A DNA stretch of 40,063 bases. Origin: an uncultured Planctomycetales bacterium (GTDB lineage Bacteria; Omnitrophota; Gorgyraeia; Gygaellales; Profunditerraquicolaceae). Positions 32,858-40,063 of this stretch are shown piece after piece (the first letter of the stretch is position 1; every line of letters starts with the position of its first letter). The stretch is from positions 1-40,063 of the forward strand of contig CAZPNW010000054.1 of the NCBI GenBank assembly GCA_964588175.1, given 5' to 3'. The position numbers and the translations under genes were made by a program. The notes under the pieces were generated by a model. The model searched no databases. It saw nothing but the letters and a program-made list of their open reading frames with translations, and had not been told where the DNA came from.

Positions 32858-34498
32858 CTACATCTTCTCCGGCTTTGAGATACCGAGTAGATCTAAGCCG
32901 ATACCCAGCACAATACGCGCCGCATTCACTAAGTTCAAACGGGCGCGCGTAACTGCTTCATCATTGCCCAGAACCCGGCAACGGTCATAAAAACGGTGAA
33001 AATCTTCCGCTATTTCCTGCAGATAAACAGTCATCATATAGGGGTCAAGCGTCTTATAACAGACATTGAGGATAAAAGAGAACTGCCATAATTTCCTGAT
33101 CAACTGCAGCTCTTCTTTTTCTTTTAAGGCCTGCGCATCAAAATCCCGGCCGGCGATCTCAAAAGGGCTATTCTTAATAATACTGTATATCCGCGCGTAC
33201 GCATACTGCACATAATAGACCGGGTTTTCTGAAGTCTGCTTTTTCGCGGTCTCCAGGTCGAAATTCAGAAGGCTGGAAGTGCGGCGCATGATAAAAAAGA
33301 AACGGGAGGCGTCCCTGCCGACTTCATCCAGAACTTCCCGCAGCGTTATATACTGCCCGCGGCGAGTCGACATTTCCAAAGGCTTCCCGTCTTTAAATAT
33401 TGAAGCTAATTGCACAATGATGACCGAAAGAGATCCAGGGTCCTCGCCTAACGCCTGCACCGCGGCTTTAAGCCTGCTGATATAACCGTGATGGTCAGGC
33501 CCCCAAAGGTTGATCAACCAGCTAAATCCGCGTTTATATTTATTCTGGTGGTAGGCGATATCCGGGGCAAGATACGTATAAGACCCGTCGCTTTTGACGA
33601 CTACCCGGTCTTTATCGTCTGCGAACGCCGTTGACTTAAACCATTGCGCGCCATCCTGCTCGTATAAGAATCCTTTTTCTCTCAAATACTCGAACGCTTT
33701 CTCGATCGCGCCTGCTTTTCGTAACGCCTTCTGGCTATACCAGCAATCAAAGCTGATCCCGAAATCCCGCAACTCTTCTTTGATAATATCCAGGATATAC
33801 TTACCCGCATAATCGCCGGGATCATCCACCAACGTATTTTCAGCCGCGAGTTTGCGGGCAATATCATAGATATAATCACCCTGGTAATAATTCTCAGGGA
33901 ATTCTTTCTTTTCTCCCCTTAATTCCTGAAGCCGTAAATCTACCGACTTTCCCAATATATTGATCTGATTACCTTCATCATTCAGGTAATATTCCCGATG
34001 GACACTAAACCCTAAAAAAGACAGGATACTGGCTAACGCATCGCCGACAACGGCCTGCCGCGCATGCGCGACCGATAACGGCCCGGTAGGATTAGCGCTG
34101 ACGAATTCGATCATCACCTTTCTTCCGGCGCCAAGATCTTGCCTGCCGAAATCTTTTGATTCAGCAATAATACGCTTGAGCTGCCGGTAAAAATAATCAT
34201 CACTGAGGTAGAAATTGATGAACCCCGCGCCTTCGGCTTTGATGTCTTTAATACAATCATGAATAGGGCTCTTGCGAAGATGCTGCTCAATAGAATCAAC
34301 CAGGCAAGCGGCGATCTTTAAGGGGGGCTGTTTCAGGAGGCTGCCTAACCGTAAAGCGAGGTTGTTTGAAAGGTCCCCAAAACCGGTTGCCAGCGACAAC
34401 TCAACAGGCACCGCGGCGCATCCGGGAGTATCACGGTACAATTCGGCGTAAGCATCCTGAATGACTTCAATAAGGGAATCCTGAATATTCTTTTCCAT
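32858..34498 (-). CDS. argS: arginine-tRNA ligase
   Basis: 546 aa class I aaRS with a HIGH-like motif (SANPTGPLSVAHAR), the ArgRS core (DHHGYISRLKA) and a C-terminal DALR-type anticodon-binding region. Confidence 0.93.
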   Translation of the reverse strand: MEKNIQDSLIEVIQDAYAELYRDTPGCAAVPVELSLATGFGDLSNNLALRLGSLLKQPPLKIAACLVDSIEQHLRKSPIHDCIKDIKAEGAGFINFYLSDDYFYRQLKRIIAESKDFGRQDLGAGRKVMIEFVSANPTGPLSVAHARQAVVGDALASILSFLGFSVHREYYLNDEGNQINILGKSVDLRLQELRGEKKEFPENYYQGDYIYDIARKLAAENTLVDDPGDYAGKYILDIIKEELRDFGISFDCWYSQKALRKAGAIEKAFEYLREKGFLYEQDGAQWFKSTAFADDKDRVVVKSDGSYTYLAPDIAYHQNKYKRGFSWLINLWGPDHHGYISRLKAAVQALGEDPGSLSVIIVQLASIFKDGKPLEMSTRRGQYITLREVLDEVGRDASRFFFIMRRTSSLLNFDLETAKKQTSENPVYYVQYAYARIYSIIKNSPFEIAGRDFDAQALKEKEELQLIRKLWQFSFILNVCYKTLDPYMMTVYLQEIAEDFHRFYDRCRVLGNDEAVTRARLNLVNAARIVLGIGLDLLGISKPEKM

Positions 34499-34560
34499 GT
34501 AAAACCTAAATGAGCGGTAGAAATAATACTGAAGAAGGAAACCTCGCCAGCTTTGGAATA

Positions 34561-34956
34561 CTATTGCTTAACACTCTTTGATTGCTGTGGAGCTGCAGTA
34601 CGTGGAATACGCTTACTGACCCGGACTTTCTTTGCGTCAGACCAGAGCCGTTCGAGCGCGTAGAACTCTCTCTTAGGCTTATAAAAAACATGCGCGAGGA
34701 CCGCCGAATAATCCAAGACGATCCAACCTGATACATCCTGGGCAGGGACGCGCGAGCATGATCTTATGCGCTCCTGGGTGAGGTCATCCTGAATGGCGTT
34801 GGCAATCGCATTAACTTGACGCAACGAGCCACCGCTGACAATAACAAAGTATTCGAAAAAGGAGGACAGTGAACGCATATCAAGGATCATAACGTCTTCC
34901 GCCTTCTTTTCCTGCGCTATAAAAGCAATTCTTTGGGCTAAAGCTTTAGAATCTAT
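34561..34956 (-). CDS. rsfS: ribosome silencing factor RsfS (start codon uncertain, probably non-ATG)
   Basis: Iojap/RsfS core (VMILDMRSLSSFFEYFVIVSGGSLRQVNAIANAI...WIVLDYSAVLAHVF...YALERLW). The reading frame stays open 26 codons upstream of the first ATG (34890). That stretch encodes the conserved N-terminal helix (SKALAQRIAFIAQEKKAEDV). The RBS AAGGAGG lies at 34966-34972. The only candidate start at sensible spacing is ATA at 34956. Confidence 0.7.
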   Translation of the reverse strand: MDSKALAQRIAFIAQEKKAEDVMILDMRSLSSFFEYFVIVSGGSLRQVNAIANAIQDDLTQERIRSCSRVPAQDVSGWIVLDYSAVLAHVFYKPKREFYALERLWSDAKKVRVSKRIPRTAAPQQSKSVKQ

Positions 34957-35059
34957 GAGGACTTGCCTCCTTCTCTTCCGAATGATACGTTATCTTTGTT
35001 CCACCCGGGAGTGCCGTTTGAATACGGGAAAGTACCATTCAACGGTAAAACGTTTTAGT

Positions 35060-35209
35060 TTATTTTTTTCCTAAGATCTTATACATGCCGGTATTGCATA
35101 CAGGGCATTTTCCTTTAGCGGCAGGACGGCCGTTCTTCATGGTGACTTTCTGTTCATCTTTCATTTCCTGGCTCTTTTTACATTTAACACAATATCCTTT
35201 TTCTGCCAT
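35060..35209 (-). CDS. small zinc-ribbon protein (DUF5679-like)
   Basis: 49 aa: MAEKGYCVKCKKSQEMKDEQKVTMKNGRPAAKGKCPVCNTGMYKILGKK, with CxxC...CxxC. The start is set to the ATG at 35209, preceded by AGGGAGGAATC. The ORF-track extension to 35269 runs through the predicted promoter. Confidence 0.65.
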   Translation of the reverse strand: MAEKGYCVKCKKSQEMKDEQKVTMKNGRPAAKGKCPVCNTGMYKILGKK

Positions 35210-35294
35210 GATTCCTCCCTTTTTTACTGAAAGTTTACTTATGGTATCACAGGTTACCGGGCGTGTCAATGAAGCACTCCCTGACTGTTTCCAT

Positions 35295-35323
35295 AGTATA
35301 TAGCAGGGTACTCAAGAGGTCAA
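35295..35323 (-). promoter_or_regulatory. sigma70-like promoter candidate for the small zinc-ribbon gene
   Basis: The minus strand reads TTGACC (35323-35318), a 17-nt spacer, then TATACT (35300-35295). Confidence 0.45.
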
Positions 35324-35332
35324 TATATTTAT

Positions 35333-36355
35333 CTACCCCTTGCCCTTATGACCGCTCTTCTCCTCTTCGATCTCACCGACAATCTCTTCAAGCAGATCTT
35401 CCAAGGTCACCATGCCCACTGTTTTCTTCCGGTCATCGACGACTACAGCGATCTGGATCTTATCCGCCTGGAACTTCCGTAATAATTCATTGACCCGTAT
35501 TGAAGGAGAAACAAAATACACCTGGTGAATAAGGTCCTGTAACACAAAAAGCCCCTTATCCCGCAAAATATACAGGAGGTCGCGAGCATAGATAACACCG
35601 ATAATATTCTCCCGTGTCCCGGAAAAAACCGGCAGCCGCGCATGCCCCTGCTCGACAAAGATATTTAATAAGGCTTCCGGGCTTACGGATTCATCAACCG
35701 CTACCATCTTATCTTTAGACACCATGACTTCGCCGACTTTGGTATCGCCAAACTCAAAGATCCGATGCAGCATTTTACGTTCTTCGTCGCTTAAAACACC
35801 TTCTTCCTTACCGATCTCGATCATCATACGCAACTCTTCTTCGGTAACTAACGGAGACCTCTTAACCGGCTGAATACGCATCAACCGCAACATATAATCA
35901 CTGATGCCGGTAAAAACAATGACCACCGGATACAGGATCCTGATCAAGACTTCCATAAAAGGGGCAATAAACAAGGCGATACGTTCCGGATGCTTTGTGG
36001 CGAGGATCTTCGGTGTTATTTCACAAAAAACCAGCACAAAAAATGTTGTAACAAAAGTTGCAATGATCAACCCGATTTGATAACCGAATAGTGAAACAAA
36101 GATTGCCGTTACAAAAGAAGAGATCGCGATATTAACGAAATTATTCCCGATAAGAATAGCAGCGATCAATTTATCAAGTTTAGTAACCAGGTTTTGCACA
36201 GATACAGCCCCGCGCTTGCCCTGTTCTACCAGATGGCGCAAGCGGATCTTATTTAACGCGATAAGGGAAGTTTCTGAGGCGGACAAGAAGAAAGAGATGA
36301 CCGTAAGCACAAACAGAACGATCACAACGACGGGGATAGAAAATATGAGATGCAT
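35333..36355 (-). CDS. CNNM/DUF21 transmembrane domain plus CBS-pair protein (HlyC/CorC family, no CorC C-terminal domain)
   Basis: 340 aa. The N-terminal DUF21 signature is FFLSASETSLIALNKIRLRHL with 4 helices. A CBS pair follows (VGEVMVSKDKMVAV...VVDDRKKTVGMVTLEDLLEEIVGEI). The protein ends about 15 aa after the CBS pair. Confidence 0.82.
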   Translation of the reverse strand: MHLIFSIPVVVIVLFVLTVISFFLSASETSLIALNKIRLRHLVEQGKRGAVSVQNLVTKLDKLIAAILIGNNFVNIAISSFVTAIFVSLFGYQIGLIIATFVTTFFVLVFCEITPKILATKHPERIALFIAPFMEVLIRILYPVVIVFTGISDYMLRLMRIQPVKRSPLVTEEELRMMIEIGKEEGVLSDEERKMLHRIFEFGDTKVGEVMVSKDKMVAVDESVSPEALLNIFVEQGHARLPVFSGTRENIIGVIYARDLLYILRDKGLFVLQDLIHQVYFVSPSIRVNELLRKFQADKIQIAVVVDDRKKTVGMVTLEDLLEEIVGEIEEEKSGHKGKG

Positions 36356-36361
36356 CTATGA

Positions 36362-37630
36362 TTATCCTGACTGTATTTCTTTAAGAATCGGCGTTTCCTG
36401 GTCTTTACCCGGGCCGATCAATGCCAGATTTAAATGTTTCTGCTGAAATATTTCCCGGGCAGCCGCAAGGATGTCCTGGCGTTTTACCTGCCGGACCTCC
36501 TTAAAAATATCCGCGAGCGCATACGTTTTATCCATTGCCAAAGTCGATTCCCCGATCCACAACATATGGTCAAGGGTATCTTCTAACGCCAACATGAGCT
36601 GTCCCAGATAAAACTCCTTGGCGCGCAAGAACTCATCTTCTCTTACCAGGGCATGGCTGATCCGTTTAAGCTCTTTGAGGATCAACGCCAACGCTTCATT
36701 GACTTTTTTATTATCGATACCCGCATGCACGACAAAAGCGCCGGTATCCTGAAAACGCTTCACCTGAGTGCCGATTTCATAGGCAAGGCCGCGTTTTTCC
36801 CGCAGTTCGTTAAACAAGCGGCTTGACATGTTCCCCCCCAGGATGACATGCAATAAACCAAGGGCATGTTTTAAAGGATGCCCCCGTTTAAAACTATGAA
36901 AACCCAACGCTACGTGGGTTTGTTCGGTTTCCTTGGGATAAAACTTCACCTGGGGCTTGGACTGCTGCTGTATCGCCTGCGCACACTGGTTCTTTTTTAC
37001 GCCATTTGAGCCGCGGAACATTTTCTTGACGCGCCTGACCAATACATCATGATCCAACAACCCCGCCGCGCTTACGACAATATTTGCCGGGCCGTAATGC
37101 CCTTGCTTGAAAGAAGCCAGGCCTCGGCGTTCTATCCTGCTGACTGATTCAACGCTGCCTAAAACACTCATCCCTAACGCCTGATCCGGCCACATTAATT
37201 CATCGAGCAGATCATAGACATAGCTCTGCGGCAGGTCTTTATACATCTTGATCTCTTCTAAGATAACCGTCTGTTCTCTTTGAATATCATTTTTTAAAAG
37301 CAGGGGGGTTTCAACCATATCAGAGAGTATGTCAAACGCCAGGTCCAAATGGCGGCTGGGCAGTTTTACCAGATAGCAGGTAGCTTCTTCCGAGGTAAAT
37401 CCGTTTAACGCCCCTCCCACCCCTTCAATGGACTCTTTGATAGCCTGACAGGAATATTTCTTTGAACCTTTAAAAAGCAAATGTTCCAGGTAATGGCTGA
37501 TCCCCTTATTCTCAACCGACTCATACCGGCCGCCAACCTTGATCCAAATGCCCAAAGCAACCGACTGCATCTTGGGCATACGATGGGTAATCAGCGTCAG
37601 GCCGTTCTCTAAAACTGTCTTATTATACAT
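36362..37630 (-). CDS. M16 (insulinase/pitrilysin) family zinc peptidase
   Basis: It has the HxxEH motif (GISHYLEHLLFKGS). The start is set to the ATG at 37630 (MYNKTVLENGL), preceded by AAGGAAACC. It overlaps the trpA stop by 8 nt. The ORF-track start at 37654 is a TTG. Confidence 0.88.
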   Translation of the reverse strand: MYNKTVLENGLTLITHRMPKMQSVALGIWIKVGGRYESVENKGISHYLEHLLFKGSKKYSCQAIKESIEGVGGALNGFTSEEATCYLVKLPSRHLDLAFDILSDMVETPLLLKNDIQREQTVILEEIKMYKDLPQSYVYDLLDELMWPDQALGMSVLGSVESVSRIERRGLASFKQGHYGPANIVVSAAGLLDHDVLVRRVKKMFRGSNGVKKNQCAQAIQQQSKPQVKFYPKETEQTHVALGFHSFKRGHPLKHALGLLHVILGGNMSSRLFNELREKRGLAYEIGTQVKRFQDTGAFVVHAGIDNKKVNEALALILKELKRISHALVREDEFLRAKEFYLGQLMLALEDTLDHMLWIGESTLAMDKTYALADIFKEVRQVKRQDILAAAREIFQQKHLNLALIGPGKDQETPILKEIQSG

Positions 37631-38417
37631 GGTTTCCTTGTAAATACCTGACAAATCGGCCGACGCGTTTGACTAAAGCGGGGTTGCCGATATTTTCCTT
37701 GATCTTCTTGACCACCGCGCTTCCCACGATAACTCCATCAGCAAACGACTGGACCTCTTTGACCTGCTGCACTGTAGAAATCCCGAAACCGACACAAACA
37801 GGTTTCGGAGTGAACGATTTAATTAATTTTACTTTTCTGATGAGGTCCAGCGGAAGTTTCGCGCGCGCGCCTGTCACCCCGGTAAGCGAAACATAATAAA
37901 TAAAGCCTTTTGAAATACCGGCAATATATTTCATCCGAGAGGCAGGCGTTGTCGGAGAAATAAAATAAATACCATCGATCCCCGATTCCTTCTCAAGGGC
38001 GATCAAGCTCTTACTCTCCTCAACCGGCAAGTCAGGAATAATGACCCCATCCACGCCTGCGGCAGAGGCCTCCTTGACGAACGCTTTCTCTCCAAAACAA
38101 AATACCGGGTTATAATACGTCATGAGGCAAATAGGGACCGCGGTATGTTTTCTGGCTTTTCTGACTACTTCCAGGATCCCTTTCAGATTGACCCCTCTCT
38201 CGAGCGCTGCCTGAGAAGCTTCCTGAATGATCAAACCATCCGCCATAGGGTCGGAAAACGGCACACCTAACTCAATAATATCCGCCCCTGAGGCGGCTAA
38301 TTCTAATATTAAACGCCCCGTAGTATCCAGGTCAGGATACCCGGCGGTAATAAAAACGATCAACGCCTTTTTCCCTTTTTCGCGCAAATCACTGAATTTT
38401 TTTTCAAGCGCCGTCAT
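37623..38417 (-). CDS. trpA: tryptophan synthase alpha chain
   Basis: 264 aa (ALIVFITAGYPD, IELGVPFSDPMADG, YVSLTGVTG). Confidence 0.94.
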   Translation of the reverse strand: MTALEKKFSDLREKGKKALIVFITAGYPDLDTTGRLILELAASGADIIELGVPFSDPMADGLIIQEASQAALERGVNLKGILEVVRKARKHTAVPICLMTYYNPVFCFGEKAFVKEASAAGVDGVIIPDLPVEESKSLIALEKESGIDGIYFISPTTPASRMKYIAGISKGFIYYVSLTGVTGARAKLPLDLIRKVKLIKSFTPKPVCVGFGISTVQQVKEVQSFADGVIVGSAVVKKIKENIGNPALVKRVGRFVRYLQGNHV

Positions 38418-38432
38418 AGCTTTAACCGCCTC

Positions 38433-39614
38433 TTAAACGTGTAATTTTTGTGTCACAATACCGAGATCCTTATCCCCTCTCCCTGAAAGACAGACGATCA
38501 CGACGGAATCCCGTTTTATTTTCTTTGCCAGCTTCTTAAGATAGGCGATCGCATGCGATGATTCCAAAGCAGGGATGATCCCTTCGCTTCGCGCCAACAG
38601 TTTAAAACCATCCAGGGCTTCGCGATCTTTAACTGCCACATAGCGGGCCCGGCCTATTTTTTTATAATAGGCGTGTTCCGGCCCGACCCCCGGATAATCA
38701 AGCCCGGCAGAGATCGAATGAGTAGAATTCACCTGCCCGAACTTGTCTTCAAGAAGATTTGATTTCGACCCATGCAGCACTCCGATATCTCCGATGACCA
38801 GTGTCGCGGCATGTTTTCCGGTAGATAGCCCCAAACCGCCTGCCTCAACACCGATAAACTTTACTTTCTTATCATTAAAAAAGGGATGGAACAATCCCAT
38901 AGCATTACTCCCTCCGCCGACACAGGCAACCAGGTAATCCGGCAAGCGCTTCTCTTTTTTAATGATTTGCCGCCTCGATTCTATGCCGATCACCGACTGA
39001 AAATCCCTGACCATAACGGGATAGGGATGCGGGCCGGCAACCGTACCGATAATGTAATGCGTATGCGCGACATTGGTTACCCAATCCCGGAGCGCCTGCG
39101 TCATGGCGTCTTTGAGTGTTTTGGTACCGCTGGAAACGGGAATGACGTTTGCCCCCAAAAGCTTCATCCTGAAAACATTGGGCTTCTGGCGCTCGATATC
39201 TTCCTCACCCATATAAATATCGCAGCTTAAGCCGAACATTGCCGCAACCGTTGCTGTCGCGACCCCATGCTGGCCCGCCCCGGTTTCGGCAATAACACGC
39301 GGTTTCTTCATCCGTACTGCCAAAAGGACCTGTCCCAGGGTATTATTTATCTTATGAGCTCCGGTATGTAAAAGGTCTTCACGTTTCAGGTATATCTTCT
39401 TAATACCCAGCTGTTCACTTAAGTGTGACGCCAGGTATAACGGCGTCGGCCTGCCGGCATATTCTTTCAAATAATAGGCAAGCTCCCTCTTAAACGCTGA
39501 ATCACGCTTTGCTTTCTTATACTCCGATTCCAATTCCGTTAAAGCATACATAAGCGTCTCAGAAACAAACGTACCGCCGAAATCGCCAAAATATCCTTTT
39601 AAAAACCGCCCCAT
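38433..39614 (-). CDS. trpB: tryptophan synthase beta chain
   Basis: 393 aa ([12 protein letters not shown], the PLP lysine context [19 protein letters not shown]). Confidence 0.95.
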   Translation of the reverse strand: MGRFLKGYFGDFGGTFVSETLMYALTELESEYKKAKRDSAFKRELAYYLKEYAGRPTPLYLASHLSEQLGIKKIYLKREDLLHTGAHKINNTLGQVLLAVRMKKPRVIAETGAGQHGVATATVAAMFGLSCDIYMGEEDIERQKPNVFRMKLLGANVIPVSSGTKTLKDAMTQALRDWVTNVAHTHYIIGTVAGPHPYPVMVRDFQSVIGIESRRQIIKKEKRLPDYLVACVGGGSNAMGLFHPFFNDKKVKFIGVEAGGLGLSTGKHAATLVIGDIGVLHGSKSNLLEDKFGQVNSTHSISAGLDYPGVGPEHAYYKKIGRARYVAVKDREALDGFKLLARSEGIIPALESSHAIAYLKKLAKKIKRDSVVIVCLSGRGDKDLGIVTQKLHV

Positions 39615-39685
39615 ATCAACCTCGCATCATTATGTGCGCTATTATAGGTAAAAAACAATCCCGTGTCAAATCAATCAAACGGACC

Positions 39686-40036
39686 CTACACCCATTTTTG
39701 GCCCTGGTCGAACGAATCTTTGATCCGCCGCAAGAACTCCTGAAACAAAGAAAAGATATTCGAGAACTGCTGCTCTATCCCCTTAAGCCAGGAAGGAAGA
39801 GTCATATCAAACGGTAACGCGAACGTATTCCCCGTCAATTTCCTGAACACCATGACGATCACCAGGTAACTGCCGTATATCAAAAGGGTAAGCATGACTA
39901 TGCCGGCAGACACCATGATCAAACACCCGATCAAACAATTCCGCGACTTCTTCTTGCGTGCTAAATCAGCCCCGCAAAACCGGCATTTGATCGCCTGATC
40001 CTGGATATCTTCGGCGCAATACGGACATTTCTTCAT
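39686..40036 (-). CDS. zinc-ribbon domain membrane protein (hypothetical)
   Basis: 116 aa with an N-terminal CPYC...CRFC zinc ribbon, followed by one or two hydrophobic helices. Confidence 0.55.
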   Translation of the reverse strand: MKKCPYCAEDIQDQAIKCRFCGADLARKKKSRNCLIGCLIMVSAGIVMLTLLIYGSYLVIVMVFRKLTGNTFALPFDMTLPSWLKGIEQQFSNIFSLFQEFLRRIKDSFDQGQKWV

Positions 40037-40063
40037 CCCTGCCTCAACACTTCGGCTTTCTTT

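Noticed and set aside
34506-34736. 76-aa minus-strand ORF overlapping rsfS in another frame.
   Set aside because: It overlaps the clearly conserved RsfS frame, has no SD, and its translation has no recognisable features.
35049-35058. The AAAACGTTTT palindrome, also embedded in GAAAACGTTTTC at 18460-18471, considered as a shared regulatory site.
   Set aside because: Two copies of an AT-rich 10-mer palindrome in 40 kb could be chance. There is no common gene context. It is mentioned only within other findings.

Overview
This is a dense 40 kb housekeeping and core-metabolism stretch from an unidentified bacterium. I call 34 protein genes, 33 of them on the minus strand, plus 3 minus-strand tRNAs. 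Reading 3' to 5' along the plus strand, the order is: secreted hypothetical; ilvC; a membrane HAMP-GAF-HD-GYP gene; ilvN-ilvB-ilvD; class II FBP aldolase; pfkA; a DUF4139-like exported protein; ahcY; metK; ptsI-ptsH-yvcK-ptsN; tRNA(GGC), tRNA-Leu(UAG) and tRNA-Lys(UUU); frr-pyrH-tsf-rpsB; an HExxH membrane protein; a lipoprotein; a stand-alone triple-PAS protein; addB-addA; rpmB (the only plus-strand gene); recJ; argS; rsfS; a small zinc-ribbon protein; a CNNM/CBS protein; an M16 peptidase; trpA-trpB; and a zinc-ribbon membrane protein. I see no transposase, integrase, prophage, CRISPR array, toxin-antitoxin pair or recognisable defence island. I therefore cannot point to a novel protein-based system. 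The unusual content is at the RNA/DNA level. (1) Many intercistronic gaps are filled by hairpin elements whose arms are tandem degenerate 7-nt words, and the same words recur at distant loci. (2) Two further dispersed structured repeat families are each present twice. (3) One tRNA has a glycine-type acceptor stem and discriminator but the alanine anticodon GGC. (4) A c-di-GMP-type HD-GYP signalling gene is translationally coupled to ilvN inside the ilv gene row. (5) A transporter-less EI/HPr/EIIA-Ntr relay carries a membrane-anchored YvcK homologue. All calls rest on reading the translations and the nucleotide sequence by eye. No database search or folding computation was run.
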